Shown here: in pieces, positions 53,765 through 64,000 of the stretch
How the letters are laid out: each line of letters starts with the position of its first letter
Position numbering within the stretch: the first letter of the stretch is position 1
NCBI GenBank assembly: GCA_027923505.1
Contig: BROI01000002.1
Coordinates: 1,674,001-1,738,000 of the forward strand
Reading direction: 5' to 3'
From: Mayamaea pseudoterrestris
Lineage: Eukaryota
Length of the DNA stretch: 64,000 nucleotides
The notes under the pieces: model-generated
Told to the model about the DNA's origin: nothing
The model's database searches: none
The model's input: only the letters and a program-made list of their open reading frames with translations
Position numbers and translations under genes: made by a program

Positions 53765-54616
53765 ATGTCAAGCCAAGCTCCGCCCTCATGGGCAACTCCA
53801 TCCCCAGTCACTCAAACAAGCTTGCAACCATCCCAAGCCGCTCCACAATGGGCGCAACCAATAGCATCACAGCCTCAAGTTGCCTCCGCCGACGACCACA
53901 TGGCCGAACTCTTTCGTCCCTACAGCACGCTGGATGAGCCAGTCAGTGAAACAATCATGCGGGACGTTCGCGCCGTCTACACCAAGCTAAAGATTGTTCT
54001 GCGTCCGCTCGATCGGCGCCTGACGCTTTCGCCAGCCGCCATGTACAGCATGGTTTCCACGAGTAGTGATGATCCGGATAACAACAACAATAATAATAAT
54101 AATACTGCCAATGCAGCAGGATCAAATGCCAATACATCCGACAATCAACTTTCGGAGAATGATCGTCAAGTCATTAACGAACTAAAGGATTGGGATCTAT
54201 GGGGACCGCTCATTCTCTGCTTGATCCTTGGCGTTGTCCTTAGCTTCAAGGCGCCCACCAACCAAGCGTCCATTGTCTTTGCCTCGGTCTTTGTCACTGC
54301 GTGGGCTGGATCGACGATTGTCACCATGAATGCGCAGCTACTTGGCGGAACCATTAGTTTCTTTCAGTCGCTCTGCGTGCTTGGCTATAGCAACTTTCCA
54401 TTGGTCTTGGCGGCGTCAGCGATTGGAATCATGCGCATCTTTGTTCATACCTGGATGTGGATCGACATGATTATTGTTTCCGTTGGCTTCCTTTGGGCGA
54501 TTCGGACGAGTAGTGTTTTCATGAGCCTCTACGTCAAGCCGGAGCGGCGGTTGCTGGCGCTGTATCCAGTCTTCTTCTTTTATGTTTTCATGAGCTGGCT
54601 GATTCTGCTGTTTTAA
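53765..54616 (+). CDS. Yip1 domain family protein (YIPF6/Yip4-like)
   Basis: STLDEPVSETIMRD, LKDWDLWGPL, NAQLLGGTISFFQSLCVLGY, LALYPVFFFY. Confidence 0.93.
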   Translation: MSSQAPPSWATPSPVTQTSLQPSQAAPQWAQPIASQPQVASADDHMAELFRPYSTLDEPVSETIMRDVRAVYTKLKIVLRPLDRRLTLSPAAMYSMVSTSSDDPDNNNNNNNNTANAAGSNANTSDNQLSENDRQVINELKDWDLWGPLILCLILGVVLSFKAPTNQASIVFASVFVTAWAGSTIVTMNAQLLGGTISFFQSLCVLGYSNFPLVLAASAIGIMRIFVHTWMWIDMIIVSVGFLWAIRTSSVFMSLYVKPERRLLALYPVFFFYVFMSWLILLF

Positions 54617-54852
54617 ATATAGGAGCTGCTTCAAGTTATTATATTGACTGTATACATGGATACTCGCTACTACTTGCACTACGGTAGAAATGCTATCATG
54701 GGCCAACTTGGCGATGAGTGACGAAAAGTAGTACGTGTCGCACCACGACCCATCCTAGCTCCGAATGGAAACCGCGCCGTTGATGCCGCGCGCTTCTCAC
54801 ACAACCAAGACACTCATTGCCTACCGGTACCATACTTTAAAATTACACAATC

Positions 54853-55275
54853 ATGACCATCAAAGAAGACGACGCTGACTTGAAAAAGAAGTACGACGAC
54901 GAGGAGCCAGAGATTATCGCGGACGCTGTTCCCATCAAAGGCAATAGTAACGAAGCTCCCATTCCGCCTGGCCACTCGCGATTCTACTGCAGCAAGTGTC
55001 ACACGGTGCGTTTGTAGTGAATGAAATGCAGAAACAGAATGCTGCTCTTGCTTATATGCATGTCTCTGTTGTTTTTCAGCCGTATGATTTGCCCGACAAG
55101 GCGACTTCCTGGCGCTGTCAGCAATGGTGAGTAGTTGTGGATTAGACGTGTACACTGCTTACTTTATAATCAGTTTTTCGAATTTGCTGTTTGCTCACAA
55201 TCTACCTCTTGCTATAATAGCATGGTATTCAATTCGACATCTGTCGGCGAGTGCGAGTGGTGCAATATTTTGTAA
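54853..55275 (+). CDS. 84-aa zinc-ribbon microprotein with C-terminal CaaX; exons 54853-55005, 55080-55126, 55221-55275
   Basis: two GT-AG introns (GTGCGT, GTGAGT donors) give ...FYCSKCHTPYDLPDKATSWRCQQCMVFNSTSVGECEWCNIL-stop. Confidence 0.8.
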
Positions 55276-55454
55276 GAAAAGACAGACGAGTCTTCGTACA
55301 AGAACGTCATGGAAGAATCCATTGAGCGATACATAATAAGTTGAGACTTGAGACAATATAGCTTATAACTCGACGGCAAGATTCGCCCAATCTGCTTCGT
55401 ATCTGTATATAATTTGAATCGTTTGTATTACGAGTCTGCTGGTAGTGAAGTACC

Positions 55455-56418
55455 TTATTTACTCGCCTCGTTACTAGCCGTTCCAAGATGCAAGTAATCG
55501 GCATTCACTTTGCGTCCCATATGCCATGCCGAGCTCCCAAAGAGCGCAATGTTCACGCTACACAATGCGTAATTGATAGGAGTCACCAATAGAGCGTATC
55601 GCGAAAAGAAAAAGCCCGTCAAGGTCAAGGCCGTGTACTGCGGCAGAGAAATCTTATCCGTCGGCCGCTGCAAGTCGAAAAAGGAGGCGCCACTAATCAT
55701 CCACTTTGACATTGGGGCCCAAAAGTGTACTGCATATTGAGGAGAAAAGAGAGGGAATATTCTATAGGTTAGATAGCAGAAACAAATAGCTAGCTGACCC
55801 ATTCAAAGAACGTCTCTTAGTTGACGCACCTGTAAACGGTCCAGCCGGAGCCGCAGCAACCTTGGAAACAACGCCATAGTCACTCTTGGTCAGCATGTTC
55901 CGAACCGTCGGTGCTCCAACAATGGTTCCAGCAATCAAGACTCCTCCAATTGCCGCCTGCTGCAAAATTCTACTGGCCTCATCCTCCTCTCCGTTACTCA
56001 TCTTGTATTCAACAGCCCGTCGAAACTGATTCAGCTGCGCTCCAATATTCGCCAAGTGACATCCACAAAGCAGCAAATTGCGTGGCTGCACGATCCAGGC
56101 CCAGCGAGCAAACAAGCTCGAGTAGACAATCAAGACGGGCGTCATGGTCAAACTGATCACTTCCGGGCCGCTCGAGTAGGCGTCCCAAATGGCCGACGCG
56201 GACATGCCCCAGCCGGCCAAGGCGCCAAAGCCGCCCCATAGTTCGGCGCTGTACCACCAGCCAGTCTTTTTGGGAGATGATGTTGATGATGACGAAGTAA
56301 AGGTTCGGCGAGTCGGTGGTGCAATTTTGCAAGCACTCGATCGAGCGGCAGACGGAACGACGAGCGATCTTGTCGTTTGCAGCACCAGCCGGCTTGATTG
56401 AGACGCTGCAGAAAACAT
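55455..56418 (-). CDS. mitochondrial pyruvate carrier with fused MPC1-like and MPC2-like domains; intron 55730-55829
   Basis: PEVISLTMT..YS..VQPRNLLL..CH..N..AQ (MPC1) and PAGPFTVHFWAP..KW..RP.DKIS..Q..TG..SRY..P.N (MPC2); Ser/Arg-rich presequence. Confidence 0.9.
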
Positions 56419-56964
56419 ACTTGACAAGTTACTTTTAGCTTATAGGTGAGCAATGCGAGGAGTCGAACGAATGATGAAGAAGGATCGTTGGAAACGGATG
56501 TGAGCAGCAGCAGGTGCCGTCGGCGAATCTAGGATGCTCCTTGGCGCACCGTGACAACTCAACTTGAGTTAGTTTTATGTTGCGATTTGATTAGCATCGC
56601 GCGCCGATGAGTCACTTTTCAGCTAGTGTATCATTTCAGCAGCCTGCCAAGCACGAGAGCCAGGCTCTTTTCTGTTTTTCTGATCAACAGAGCATGTTAT
56701 GTAGGCCCGCCTGCAGTTGACAAGTCTGTTGAAATGACTACTGGTGCTCCGCCGTCAACGCTGCATGAATGCTGCGCGAGGACATATGCGCCGAGGACAA
56801 CCCGCTCGTCGAAAGGAATACATTACACGTATCTAGTTAAGCGAGAACTACCGGTAGTATTAAAAGTCTAGAATGTCATTGACAGGGCACGAGTATGAAA
56901 TTCAAGTTGTAGCAGCAAAAACTCTGTATCAACTCGTCCCCCGTATGAATCATGCATAAGCACT

Positions 56965-58904
56965 CTATTTCTTGCCCTTGGCCTTTTTAGCAGCTTTTCG
57001 GGCAGCTCTCTTTTGCGCCTCGGCTTCAAGCTCGTCGAGAACCTTCTTTGTATCCTCATCAGGTTCCTTCTTCGTCTTGAAGTACTCGGGCATGTCTAAT
57101 CCGGTAACTCGGCTCGTTCCACTCGGCAACAGGAGGACTGTACACTTGAAGTGTGCCACCTTGCCACTATGTTCATGCAGGCTCGGATACGGTTGCAGCA
57201 AGGTACGCGTCACACATTCCTGCAATCCGAGTCGAGCTTTTCGAACATCGTTCAAGTGGCGCAAGGTAAATGGTAACGTCGGAAATTTCTTGTCCACTTC
57301 GGCCAGCAATGCGCGCGAAGCCTGTACCTTGAGTTGGTAGGTTTGGTCGACGTTACGCTTAAAGACCGTCGTGCGCATATCGCCCGGGCGTGCATTGCCG
57401 TCGCCCGAGCTCATGGCAACGTCGACGGCGTATACTTCATACTGCTCGAATGTGCATTCCGGCAGCTTTTCTTCCACTGCCTGGTGCTCCTCCGGACTCG
57501 TCTTTCGAAGAGCAACTTCCTTGACGCCGTCCAATACGTAGCGCTTCATTTGATGCATGCGCACCGAGTGAATTGGCGTGACGCCATAATTGTTGGCGAC
57601 ACGCTCCACCGCCTCGGTCACTTCGGTATTTTTCTTGCCGGCAGCAATGGCGTGAGCGGCCACCAACATGGCATTGTAGGCAGCAACGGCAACATTGCCA
57701 GTCTCCTCGTCGGGTTCAGGCGGAGCCTGGTCTTCAGATTCGGGAACGATGCAAGTGTGCGCGGCAACGGCAATGTATCCATCAATGTGACAACCAAGAT
57801 CAATCTTGACAATGTCTCCCACTTTAAGTACTGGCTGTGTACAGCGTTGAAGCGAAATACAGATGTGTGAGTCAATCACGTGATATATAGTTGTTGGCCA
57901 GCATCCTTCCGAACATAATGCGACCATGACAAAGAGAGGGTCTCGTGAACAGAGTAGACAAGTGGCCGGCCACGAACAAGCGCAAAATGGTTTGCTTCAG
58001 TTAGAAAACATCCCCATTCGCCTTGTCCGTCAATCTTCCTGTTGAACGCGGGTCTGTGCGCAAGTCCGAGAACGCCTCTCCCGCCGAAACGAAAGAATTG
58101 AACAGGGCAGAACCAAAATTCATCAATCCCACCCCATTTGGCGTACAATCGTCGCGCACTTGGTACGACCACAACAGGTTTTGTTTTTAATCAAAATGCA
58201 CGCTTGACAAGCAAATCGAATGCATCTTCTCGCCACGACATTTCATCGGCACGTACCCTTTCTTCACTCAGCAATGGACTATGGTTGCAGACAACGTCAT
58301 TCACCGAAACACAAACGGGAAAGGCAATTCCTCGATCAATGACTTGTCCATTGATCTTCTTTGTGTACAGCTTGGAGCATCCCTGCGTAATGACCGTGTG
58401 TCCAAACTCGCAGAGCTCAATCACCTTTTTTCCCGGAAGGCATTGCTTGACAAGTCCCTCCAAAGCGAGATTGACAATCTTGGCTGCTTCCTGGTACTTT
58501 GTAGTAACGTTGCTGTGAAAATAAAAGACGAGAGATGTATGTTAGCCATAAGTGTATCGAAGGAAGCATTTAGACGACACTACGGGCAGCGACGACGGAT
58601 TGCACCTCGGCGAAAAGCATGGCGGGAGGTGCCAACGTCACGGACAAGGCACGAGAAATTCCTCTCTATGGACTCACAAAGCACTTCGCCTAAAGACTTG
58701 CTTCCTCCATCAGCAGCAGCAGTTTCGATACTGATTATTCTCACACTCTGCTGTCGCGCATCGTCCTTGCGCATCGTCCTTGCGCGCCACTCACCTGTCG
58801 GATAGATCCGTCACCTCCTCCTCGTCGTCCATTTTCTCCGCAACGTCGCTGAGCTCGACGCCTCCGCCGGTAATGACTTCCTCCTCTTGACCGTTATCTG
58901 ACAT
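56965..58904 (-). CDS. PA2G4: proliferation-associated protein 2G4/EBP1 (M24 fold); introns 58513-58794 and 57835-58256
   Basis: VTTKYQEAAKIVN, GIAFPVCVSVN..CNHSPL, GDIVKIDLGCHIDG, EVYAVDV..SSG, PFTLR, PYPSL, VAHFKCTVLL, Lys-rich tail. Confidence 0.92.
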
Positions 58905-59112
58905 GCTCTTATAGTACTGCTAGTTGAAAAAGCTCTAACAAAGTGTCGGATGCCTTCAAGTTATCACGGAGCGAACGGTGATGGGAGGCAACAAAGTGTG
59001 ATGGCCGACGCAGCGATTTGTGCGTCCACGAGCGGTTGTCACGCTGTGTCGGAGCGGTTATGGTAAACTGGTTATGAGACACAGTTAGTCGCATCGGTAC
59101 TGGTTGTGACAG

Positions 59113-60555
59113 GTGTCACACTCTCGCGGAATGGAACCCATGATGAAAGCGACGAACTTTGACGATAGCATCAATAGCATACGGCAACTAGTGATGAGGA
59201 CAACAGGACATCAATATTTGACCCCTGCTCGACGGAGAAGAAAGAAATTTCTAGCTCAATCCGCATCGATCTCCAAGAATGCTCGAATCTGCTGGCTGTG
59301 CCTCTCATTTTTGTCGACCTCACTCTGCCATGCCTCGTCCAAAAAAGAACCTCAATGGTCCTTTTTGACGGACAATCTCGGGTCGCTCTATGTATCGGAA
59401 GACGAAGATGAGGAACGGATCCTCGCGGCTTTGGCAGATATCAGTCCTGATGACGAGCTGTATGATGACTTGAGCGAATACTCATCTGACTACACCGAGA
59501 CGATTGACAAGCAAAGTAAACCAATACCAAAACGAAGGCCTCTCAAGGCTGCAGTGAAAGAAAAGCAGCCTACAAGCAAACTCTCCTACGTGAATCTGCC
59601 TGAAACGTATCGAGCTGTAGCTCCTGCAGCTCCCATTCAACCTGCGACTGATCCAACAACAACATTAAAATCAACACCCCCAAAGACGATAATGACGACG
59701 CCGCCACCGACAAACATGGTATTGATGCATCCTGCCACTAGTTCCATGAGTCCATGGATTCAACGGTTCCTCGCATCCTGTCAAAATGATGCGTTACTGC
59801 CGCTGCCACTGGATTTTTTGCTCGACAATTTCAACCTGGCGCAACTAGCGCCTGTGGTGGAGCGCATTGCGCTGCATGCATGCTCCGAGCAGGAGCGACT
59901 CTTAGTACTGCAAACTCTTGACGCTTCACAACAATATCCAATCTATCGGCGAGCGCTAGAACTGCTCGTGGAGCAGCAGCAAGATGAACATGGCGACAAT
60001 GGCAGTCAAGACGCTACAATACCGCCACCACTGGAACGAGCCACTCGAGCCTTGTACTTGCTCCTTCATCAGCGCTTTTGTCAGAGCCCGCGCGGCTTGG
60101 ACATGGTGCGGCGACGCATTGTCGTTGCACGTGACAATGCATCGACCGCGTTTGGACATTGCCCCAATGCTTCCTGTCGCAACATGCCGCTGCTGCCAGT
60201 GGGCCTTGATGACAATTATCAATTGCTCCAGCTGGCAAACAACGAGACGAGTACGCGTAAGCACTTTTACTGCAAACGATACTGCTGCAATTGCAAACGA
60301 GTCTTTGTTCTCAAATCAAACAAGGTGGATGGTTGTGCATGGGGAAGGTCGTTTTGCCACTTGTTTGTCATGACGTTTGGTAAACAATTTTTGCAAAGCT
60401 CAAGGGTACGGCCAAATAGGCAACAGATTGAAAATGTTGTGGATCAGCAGCAGCAGCAGCAGCAGCAGCAGCAAGCCAAGCAGACGCACATGCATGGAAA
60501 GGCGGCACAAGCTACCATTTTTGGGTTTCGATTACATCCTACTGCTGGCCAATGA
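59113..60555 (+). CDS. casein kinase II regulatory (beta) subunit-like protein with long N-terminal extension
   Basis: WIQRF, DNFNL, LYLLLHQRF...PRGL, FGHCP...C...LLPVG, YC..C, VDG..G.SF.HLF, IFGFRLH; start uncertain. Confidence 0.85.
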   Translation: MSHSRGMEPMMKATNFDDSINSIRQLVMRTTGHQYLTPARRRRKKFLAQSASISKNARICWLCLSFLSTSLCHASSKKEPQWSFLTDNLGSLYVSEDEDEERILAALADISPDDELYDDLSEYSSDYTETIDKQSKPIPKRRPLKAAVKEKQPTSKLSYVNLPETYRAVAPAAPIQPATDPTTTLKSTPPKTIMTTPPPTNMVLMHPATSSMSPWIQRFLASCQNDALLPLPLDFLLDNFNLAQLAPVVERIALHACSEQERLLVLQTLDASQQYPIYRRALELLVEQQQDEHGDNGSQDATIPPPLERATRALYLLLHQRFCQSPRGLDMVRRRIVVARDNASTAFGHCPNASCRNMPLLPVGLDDNYQLLQLANNETSTRKHFYCKRYCCNCKRVFVLKSNKVDGCAWGRSFCHLFVMTFGKQFLQSSRVRPNRQQIENVVDQQQQQQQQQQAKQTHMHGKAAQATIFGFRLHPTAGQ

Positions 60556-60629
60556 ATACTATTATCATTCGTTGCGCATACATTTGTATTCTATCTTATC
60601 GTAAATATAATTTAACGTCGTCCATTGTA

Positions 60630-62156
60630 TCATTCCAAAGGAGTCGCACCCATCTTGCGAAGATCACGACTCATGTTCTTGTGGTGACTCTCCGTGGTTC
60701 CGCCGCCAATCTCAAGAAGTTTGGCGTCACGCCAAAACCGTTCCACCTTGTATTCACCAACGTAGCCATTTCCACCCATTACCTGAATGGCGCGGTCGGC
60801 AACATTCTTGGCCATATTGGCGCAGTACAGCTTGGTTCCATCCGCATCAAGTCCATTTCCATACGTGGCTAAATCCAATCCATTGGCAACTCCATAGACA
60901 TAGGCTCGTCCGGCCATATATTCGGCGTAACTCTCGGCGACATGCTTTTGTACTTGGCCAAAGGAGTAAAGGTCCTTTCCAAACGCCTTGCGCTCACCCG
61001 CATACTGCTTCATTTCGTCCAAGCATCGTCGCGCAATGCCAAGCGCCATGGCCGCCAAACCGATCCGTTCCACTTCCAAGTTTCGCATCATGCACAAGGT
61101 TGCCTGGTTGACATGGCCAACTACATTTTCGGGTGGTACACTGACATTGTCAAAGACTAGCTCCGCCGTCATGGACGCGCGCATGCCAAGCTTGTCCTTG
61201 ATCTGCTGGCCCAGGGCGAAGCCACTCATGTCCTTTTCGACAATGAACTGCGTCACATCTGTACGTCCAGGACCAGTGCGTGCATATATTAGAAAAACGT
61301 CTCCGGTGTCAGTGCCGTTCAATGTGCCATTCTGTGAATGGAGCGTTTGCGAGAAGAAAATTGAGTAGTGGTACGATGCGCATATTAATTCCCTTCGCGT
61401 AAATACCAATTGCCAGAAAGAAAGACACTCACTGTAATCCACATTTTCGTTCCATTCAAAATCCAATTACCGCTCGAGTCTTGCTCCGCCTTGGTTTGAA
61501 GACCCAAAACATCCGTTCCAGCGTTTGGTTCGCTCATCCCCATGCCTCCAATCCACCTTCCTTCGCATAGTTTCGGCAAATACTTGAGCTTTTGCTCCTC
61601 ACTCTGCGCGTTGGTATTCAAATTATGCACCAGCAGTAGCGAATGCGCCAAGTAGGCGAGACAAAAGGCTGGATCACTGTAGCTGAGCTCCTCGTGCACG
61701 AGCGCCACCGCCGTTGCATCGAGACCACTGCCTCCGTAATCGGAATCCACAGTCAAACCAAGCAATCCAAGTCCGTTGGAACCAAGCTGACGAAACAAGT
61801 CAATGTTGAACGTTTCAGTCTTGTTGTAGTGGTATGCTTGTGGTTCAATCTGTGAAACGAACAAGTGAATGGATGGAGTCATAATCATGATGAGTAGAAT
61901 GTCGAATGTCGACACCGACCAAAAGCAAGAACTTCTTGAGCATACACATTCAATCACTTGTAGCACTTTCGCATTTATTGTTACTTGCCTCTCGCTGCAC
62001 AAAGGTTCGAAGCGACTCGCGGAGTGCCTTGTGCTCCTCGGTTGGATTCCAAAGGCTCGACAGCGATGCCGATGCATTGCGGATGCTGCTGCATCGTGGA
62101 AGGGATCGAGTCAAGCCTCTGCATCTTGACAATGAATACGAAACGCGAGCTGCCAT
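60630..62156 (-). CDS. IVD: isovaleryl-CoA dehydrogenase; introns 61850-61988 (GC-AG) and 61332-61432
   Basis: EELS..D.AFCLAYLAHS, GMSEPNAGTD, LNGTKMWITNG, DKLGMRAS.TAELVF, ERKAFG, GGNGY..EY.VER.WRDAKLLEIGGGT.E. Confidence 0.9.
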
Positions 62157-62469
62157 GGTCCTTTGATAGTGTTGTTTGCAGCGCCACTAGCAAGCCTTCT
62201 TGTTCTGTGTTGTCAAGCGCGGAATCGCGATGTCATGGCGCAGCGTTTCGAAAGAACTTGACGCGCGACTCAAAATGTATCAATGCGTTGATGCGCGACT
62301 AAAAAAGAACCCCTTGAAGTCCCGTTGCGTCGAGCCGTCGCCCGCGCCATTGGCGCGCGTAACCATTGCTTCGTACATACCGTACATTATTCTTCGACCA
62401 AGGCAAGCGATTGCATTGACTTATACTATATAAAAACTTTGGCAACGCCCATACAATATACAAACTACA

Positions 62470-62754
62470 ATGTCAGCAGCAGAACAAGCATTGACATGTA
62501 CAACAGCTCCAGGCCACTTGTTTGCAAGTCGCATTGAACTCGCCAACCACTACAAGTCGGACTGGCACGCCTACAATCTCAAGCGTCGTCAGGTTGGCTT
62601 GCAGCTACTCACGCATGTGGAGTTCATGGCGCGACTGCAGGCGGCGCAGGCGGCCCGGCGGGAGCAGGAACTGTCGAAGCAAACGCAACGAAAGAGTCAT
62701 TTGAAGAATAAAACCGTGAAAAAGAATAAATGCAACAAGCAGCGGCTAGTGAAT

Positions 62755-62811
<57 letters not shown>

Positions 62812-63921
62812 GAGGAGGAGTCTTCGGCATCAAACAAAATGGAGGAGGAGGAGAGCAAGGACGAACAAACTACAGTAGCAGTCGACCAAGCCTCTGACCA
62901 AGAACCAGCAGCGGAACCAATGAACGTTACCATTGACCCATGCCAGTCCTTATATGATTCCCACGTGTCACCCAGCATCCAGGAGAACGTGGACTACATG
63001 CGCCGCAAATACGACTGGTTCATTCCCGACGCGGAATACTTGCACGACTTGGAAGGCTTGCTGGGCTACTGCCACGAAAAAATCACGTTGGGTCGCATGT
63101 GTTTGCAGTGCCACCAAACCTTTTGTTCGTCGAACGCCTGTCGCATGCACATGATATCCAAGCAGCATACGCAGTTGGCGTATTTGGTGCAGGACGATCA
63201 GGAGGAGTTGGCAGTCTTTTACGACTTTGCGCCGGCGAATCAGGAATTCATGAGTGGAAGAATGACAAAGTTGAATGCAGCAAACGGCGGCAGTAACAAC
63301 ATTGACGAGGAAGACGATGATTGGGAGGATGTTTCGGACAATGAAGACATGAAGGAAGGCGACGACAATGAAAATATGCAAGACGACGACGACGACTTGT
63401 ACTCCGGATACGCCGACCACGTTGCAAAACTGGGTTTTTCCGTCACGGAACTCGGCGAGCTCGTCTTTCCCGACGGCCGCATCGTTGGACATCGCTCATT
63501 GAACAGATACTACAAGCAGCGCCCCAAGGTATCGCGCGACAGTCCGGCCGTCGTGGCGGCGCGGATCGCGGCCGGCGAGCGCCTGCATCAGGGACGCGTC
63601 TACAATATGAACACGGCGCTCGTCACGTATCGCAACGACACTTCATCCAGCGCTTTGAACGCACGCGCACTGGCCAAGCTTGGCGTTTCGTCCGGCATGG
63701 CGGCGGGTCGCGCCAGCAGGGGTATTTTGGTGCCGTCCCGTTTGGATGGAACCTTTTCGCAGCTTTCCGTCTATCGCTACCGCGCGGCAGTCTTGAAGCA
63801 ACGCCGCGGCCTTGAGAATGGGCAGCGACTCCATCAGCGAACCGCGATGAACATGAATCGCATGGGCAAGAAGGATAACAGACTCATGAATGGTGTGAGT
63901 GTGGCGCATGCCAAGCGATAA
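62470..63921 (+). CDS. pre-60S maturation factor Rei1/ZNF622-like zinc-finger protein
   Basis: HYKSDWHAYNLKRR, FIPDAEYL.DLEGLL.Y..EKI, CLQC...HM..K.H, GHRSL.RYYKQ. Confidence 0.9.
62758..62808 (+). repeat. (CAG)17 microsatellite encoding polyQ
   Basis: 17 uninterrupted CAG. Confidence 0.95.
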
Positions 63922-64000
63922 ATGAATAATGATTGATTGATGGCTATCGAAAGCGTGCGAATCGTCGCTGCTAATGTCGCAATAGCTTGCCTGTTGTAGG

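Noticed and set aside
57890..58180. U3, U14, snR30/U17, SRP or RNase P/MRP identity for the intronic element
   Set aside because: Only isolated short motifs match (AAACCAT, AATTTTGG); the full diagnostic sets were not found

Overview
Gene-dense eukaryotic DNA that looks like a diatom: short GT-AG introns, bipartite plastid-targeting N-termini, a diatom-type phytochrome and a CoDi-like Copia element. About 25 protein genes lie in 0.5-37.8 kb and 53.8-63.9 kb. They include PIG-O, TauE/SafE, YggS/PLPBP, SmD1, Iojap/RsfS, Trm5, an SGNH protein, phytochrome, a SERCA-type ATPase, Yip1, a fused MPC1-MPC2, PA2G4/EBP1, CK2-beta, isovaleryl-CoA dehydrogenase and Rei1. Between them is a gene-free repeat island of about 15 kb (39.1-53.6 kb). 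It holds a lone 5S rRNA gene, a decayed inverted LTR fragment, and blocks of a ~182-bp satellite at both edges. Its core is an array of ~35 copies of a 168/169-bp dyad-containing satellite. A nearly intact, chromodomain-bearing Ty1/Copia element splits the array almost exactly in the middle (395-bp LTRs ending TG...TA, TSD TCAGC). The best candidate for an undescribed system is this satellite superfamily plus a Copia family that appears to have hit it twice in the same relative orientation, a possible satellite centromere or heterochromatin island. Other leads: a divergent pair of secreted proteins (AUDH-like cupin; Cys/His-rich + LRR), an 84-aa Zn-ribbon/CaaX microprotein missed by the ORF track, and structured introns in PA2G4. 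All family assignments come from motif recognition by eye; no database search was run.
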